A stretch of DNA of 64,000 bases from an uncultured delta proteobacterium. Its GTDB lineage: Bacteria > Myxococcota_A > Polyangia > Palsa-1104. The translations under genes were made by a program, and so were the position numbers. The stretch is from contig CAWAWS010000014.1 of the NCBI GenBank assembly GCA_963785725.1, positions 1 to 64,000 on the forward strand, read 5' to 3'. The stretch's first letter is position 1. Each line of letters starts with the position of its first letter. A model generated the notes under the pieces. That model made no database searches, had not been told where the DNA came from, and was given only the letters and a program-made list of their open reading frames with translations. Positions 59,996 to 64,000 of the stretch are shown in pieces.

Positions 59996-60970
59996 ATGAC
60001 ATATCGCTCTGCCATCGCCGCTTTGGTCGGCATGTTCTTGTCGATCGCGGCGAGCAGCGTCGTCTATGCGCAGGAAGACTTCCCCGGCGCACGCGCGCTC
60101 GGCATGGGCGAAGCGCAGCGCGCGACCGCGACCGGCGCCGAGGCGATCATGCTCAACCCCGCCGGCATGTCGCTCAACAAGCAGTACGTCATCGAGGCGA
60201 TGTACGGCATCAAGATCGAGGACGTCGGCAACAACGTCCACGTCTCGCTCGCCGACTCGGTCAGCTCCAAAGTCGCCGCCGGCCTGTTCTACGACTACAT
60301 CAACGAGAAGCCCAAGATCGGCTTCGATTGGGCGGGCGGCACCGTTCCGTCGGACACGATCACGCGCAGCGGCAGCGTCGTGGGGCTCTCGCTGTCGATT
60401 CCGCTCGGCGACTACTTCCTCATCGGCGCGACGGCGAAATATCTGCACATGAGCACGGTCGCGCCGCTGCCGAAGGGCACGGTGCCGTCGTCGCTGACGC
60501 TCGATGCCGTCAACGGCGTCACCTTCGACGTCGGCCTGATCGTCAAGCTGGGCACGAAGTTCAACATCGGCGTCATCGGCTACAACTTGTGGGACCACGG
60601 CAGCCGCGAGACGCCGTTGTCGCTCGGCGGCGGCTTGGCCTACATCCCGATCCCCAACTTGACGATCAACTTCGACGCCGTCATCAACTTCACCGGCTAC
60701 CAAAGCTACAAGTACGACAGCACCACCGGCAAAGTGTCGCTCGATCAGAAGACGACGGGACGGCTCGGGCCCGGGCTCGAATGGGCCATCGCGCAGAAGG
60801 TGCCGGTGCGCATCGGTCTCGTCTGGGATTCGGGCTTGCCTGCGACTTACCTCACGGCCGGTCTCGGCTATATGGGGCAGACGTTCGGCATCGATCTCGG
60901 CTATCGCGCGAAGGTGCAAGGCGGAATCGAGAACTTCCTCATGCTCGGCCTGCGTATCGTCGTCAACTGA
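59996..60970 (+). CDS. Outer-membrane beta-barrel protein (PorV/FadL-like)
   Basis: Signal peptide; GARALGMG...NPAGM plug motif; amphipathic strands. Confidence 0.75.
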   Translation: MTYRSAIAALVGMFLSIAASSVVYAQEDFPGARALGMGEAQRATATGAEAIMLNPAGMSLNKQYVIEAMYGIKIEDVGNNVHVSLADSVSSKVAAGLFYDYINEKPKIGFDWAGGTVPSDTITRSGSVVGLSLSIPLGDYFLIGATAKYLHMSTVAPLPKGTVPSSLTLDAVNGVTFDVGLIVKLGTKFNIGVIGYNLWDHGSRETPLSLGGGLAYIPIPNLTINFDAVINFTGYQSYKYDSTTGKVSLDQKTTGRLGPGLEWAIAQKVPVRIGLVWDSGLPATYLTAGLGYMGQTFGIDLGYRAKVQGGIENFLMLGLRIVVN

Positions 60971-61036
60971 CATGCGCCGCGGGAACTCGCGGCCGTCGCG
61001 GGACTCTAAGCATCCATGGGCGGTTCGCCGCTCGCC

Positions 61037-61624
<588 letters not shown>

Positions 61625-61631
61625 GTTTACA

Positions 61632-62000
61632 ATGGGATTCGTGGACCACGCACAGGCGACCGAGCTGTTCAGCGCCTATTGGGACCAGGAGCTCGGTCCC
61701 GAAGAGCGGGCCACGCTCGAAGAGCACCTGACGTCGTGCGTCGTCTGCCGGCGCGATTATCAGACGTTCAAGAAGGCGCTGGGCGCGGTCGGGACGCTCG
61801 ACAAGCAGCTGGCGCCGCCCGATTTCGCCGACGCCGTGCGCTCGCGGATTCGCAAGCGCTCGCACGGCCGCTTCTTCACGCCGCGGCGGATGGTCGAGCG
61901 CATCCCGTACGAGCTGTTCTCGCTGGTGATGCTCGGCCTCATCCTCGCGATCTATGTCGTGATTCAGCTGTCGCAGCCAGGTCATTTGCAGCTTCCCTGA
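61632..62000 (+). CDS. Zinc-binding anti-sigma factor (zf-HC2) with C-terminal TM
   Basis: SAYWDQEL...EHLTSCVVC; directly after the ECF gene. Confidence 0.9.
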   Translation: MGFVDHAQATELFSAYWDQELGPEERATLEEHLTSCVVCRRDYQTFKKALGAVGTLDKQLAPPDFADAVRSRIRKRSHGRFFTPRRMVERIPYELFSLVMLGLILAIYVVIQLSQPGHLQLP

Positions 62001-62362
62001 TCTGACCTTTGCGCTGGCTGCCATGGGGCGAACGTCGGCGCTACGAGACTGCGCCCGTCATAAACCAACCACCGCTTTGCTGCGCCTGTGACCGTGTAAC
62101 CCACTTACCCGGTCTAAAACGTTAGATGGTTACTTGGTTGCACGCGGCGCGGCCGGTTCCTCGCTCGCGCGGGCCGTCGACGATAGTCGACGTGCCGGCA
62201 CCGCGCTCCCACGCGCCTCCGGCGCAAGACGACCACCCCGACCAGTCGAATCGCGAAGCGGCCAGTCGACCGCAGACCTCGCGTCGAGCCGTGGACCGCG
62301 TTTTCGCGTGCGCCCGCTCATTGACCGGGAGGTTTACCGCTGGCTCATTGGTAATCATAGCG

Positions 62363-63493
62363 ATGCGATTTGCAGCGATTGGCTCAATCCTTTGCATCAG
62401 CGGCCTCGCCGCGGGCGATACGGCCGTTCCGGCTGCTCCGAGCGCGAGCGCGAGCACGAACACGAACGCCGCGAGCGAGACCGCGGCCAAGGCGCCGGCA
62501 CGACCGCTCGATCTAACGGGCGCGCCCAAAGCGGACGCCGCTTTCCGTCGCTGGGTCAAAGCGTGGGCCGCCGACAGGAAGGGCTCACTCTCGCGTTGGG
62601 GCTGGGCGCAGCTCGACGACGATGCCAAGCCTGAGCGCTTCGCCATCGTTTGCGGGGACGAGGATTCCGACGAGCAGACGCTGCTCCTCGAGGACGAGCC
62701 CGGCCGCCGCTGGTCGATCGCCAGCACGATGGACGGCCGCAACAGCTGCGCGGGCGAAGAGAAGCCGACGTGGCAACGCGACGCGCCGACCGAGCTCGAG
62801 CTTCGCGACGCGTATCACGGCGGCGCGGACGCGCGCTGGGTCGCGCTGCGCCACGGCGAGCCGGCGATTGTGCGCTTCGAGTCGGACGTGCAGCATTTCC
62901 ACGGCGAGTCCGACTGCTTCGACGACGTGCTCGACTTCGATCGTCTCGAGCGGCAATACAGGACCTGCGCGCTCGATCCGAAGGAGGAGGGTGCCGTCCT
63001 GCAGACGAGCGACGCGCGCTCGGCGCTCTTCGTCATCGACGGCGCCGCGGGCCGCTATCGGCAGCGTTCGGGCGACGGCGACGTGCCCGACTTCGACGTC
63101 AGCGTGCGCAGCGCGAGCAAGCGGCTCATGGTCGAGGCCAAGCTGACGCGGCCGGCGCGCGTCGACGAGTCGTTCGAAGTGTGGACAGTCGGCGCAGCGG
63201 GCAAGTCGCTGGCGTGGTCGGCGCGTTGGGATGGCGCGCGTTGGCAGCTTGCCGGCCTCGTGCGTGCGCCGCGCGAGCTGCCGCCGATCGGGGGTGACGC
63301 GAGCCGCTTCATGCTGCCGATCGTGCGCCGCCAGGACGCCGAACAGGCGAACGAGGATACGACGCCGTTGACGCTCGTGGCGGTCTCGTCCGACGGCAAG
63401 ACGCGCGTGGCCACGAGCGAGCTCAAGACGCAAAACGTCGCGACCTTGGGCCAAGCGATGACGCCGGTGTCGCTCGACGCGAAGTCGCAATAG
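62363..63493 (+). CDS. Hypothetical secreted protein
   Basis: Signal-like N-terminus MRFAAIGSILCISGLAAG, A/S/T linker, host-like codons. Confidence 0.65.
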   Translation: MRFAAIGSILCISGLAAGDTAVPAAPSASASTNTNAASETAAKAPARPLDLTGAPKADAAFRRWVKAWAADRKGSLSRWGWAQLDDDAKPERFAIVCGDEDSDEQTLLLEDEPGRRWSIASTMDGRNSCAGEEKPTWQRDAPTELELRDAYHGGADARWVALRHGEPAIVRFESDVQHFHGESDCFDDVLDFDRLERQYRTCALDPKEEGAVLQTSDARSALFVIDGAAGRYRQRSGDGDVPDFDVSVRSASKRLMVEAKLTRPARVDESFEVWTVGAAGKSLAWSARWDGARWQLAGLVRAPRELPPIGGDASRFMLPIVRRQDAEQANEDTTPLTLVAVSSDGKTRVATSELKTQNVATLGQAMTPVSLDAKSQ

Positions 63494-63604
63494 CGCCCGT
63501 TACGATCGATGCCGCTCGTCGTCAATCCGCCGATCGCAGCACGCCGAACGCTCGGTGCTGCGCGAGCTTCAGCGCGATCGCGGCGATCGCGAGCTCACGA
63601 CACG

Positions 63605-63648
63605 CGTGAACACCCGCTCGCGCGACGGCGTCGCGCGAGCGGTTCACG
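63605..63648. terminator. GC-rich hairpin between convergent genes
   Basis: CCGCTCGCGCGAC-GGC-GTCGCGCGAGCGG with outer CGTGAA/TTCACG arms. Confidence 0.5.
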
Positions 63649-63670
63649 ACTGGCGCTGCGCGACGAACGG

Positions 63671-63889
63671 CTATTGTGGCGCGTTGAAGAAGAGCGTGAT
63701 GGCGAGGCAGTGAAACGCCTCGTCGCTCGACTGCGTGACGATCTTATCGACGATTTGCACGCCCGGATGCGCCGACAGCCACTGCGTAATCTTCTCGCCC
63801 AGCTGGTCGCGCTCTTGCGCCATCGTCGCTGAAAACACCTTCACCCCGTTGAAGGGATGATTGTTCGAACCGCTCTGTGACGCTGCCAT
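63671..63889 (-). CDS. Small hypothetical protein of a myxobacterial type
   Basis: GVKVFSAT...LGEKITQWL...VTQSSDEAFHCLAITLF; RBS AGGAG. Confidence 0.8.
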   Translation of the reverse strand: MAASQSGSNNHPFNGVKVFSATMAQERDQLGEKITQWLSAHPGVQIVDKIVTQSSDEAFHCLAITLFFNAPQ

Positions 63890-63904
63890 ATGACTTCGGT
63901 GCTC

Positions 63905-64000
63905 CTACGCGCTGGTCGCGCTCGTGGTCGTGTTCTCCCCCCCGGCTCGATAATCCGTGATGATCTGCTGCACTTCGTCTTCCGTGAGCAGATGATCCGT
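63905..64000 (-). CDS. C-terminus of a gene running off the window
   Basis: TDHLLTEDEVQQIITDYRAGGENTTTSATSA*. Confidence 0.5.
   Translation of the reverse strand, partial: TDHLLTEDEVQQIITDYRAGGENTTTSATSA

Overview
High-GC bacterial chromosomal DNA. The gene repertoire points to Myxococcota, probably Polyangia-like (inference): a MYXO-CTERM-type sorting signal, a Myxococcales-type sigma factor beside a zinc-finger Ser/Thr kinase, a signal-peptide caspase, Cys-rich lipoproteins and sigma-54 promoters. It looks like a nanopore assembly: bases 1-37 resemble an ONT ligation adapter, 38-579 is a frameshifted and probably chimeric permease fragment, and nadE has about five clustered indels. No rRNA, tRNA, CRISPR array, integrase or transposase was recognised. 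Recognisable loci are a caspase + Kelch lipoprotein pair, PP2C-GNAT-beta-helix protein, LysR/NmrA, prkA(yeaG)-yeaH-spoVR, ruvX-mltG, ldcA/dedA, a sigma/kinase pair, a bufferin-type MNIO (DUF692) RiPP cluster, nrtR-pncA-pncB-nadE with three visible operators, M2/M28/M50 peptidases, an atypical Clp ATPase, pcm, radC and an ECF/anti-sigma pair. The best novelty candidates are: (1) a ribbon-helix-helix gene plus two paralogous zinc-ribbon genes (1x and 3x the same domain, both ending GPYR) inside the prkA-yeaH-spoVR operon; (2) the bufferin-like cluster without DoxX next to a ~60-Cys lipoprotein; (3) a Clp ATPase with no N-domain and a degenerate first ring, followed by a membrane-anchored nuclease; (4) an orphan AT-rich palindrome found twice at convergent gene ends; (5) a small membrane/soluble two-gene module; (6) an A-N3-TA-N3-T bidirectional -10 core in four very compact divergent spacers. 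All calls are from visual motif recognition; no searches were run.
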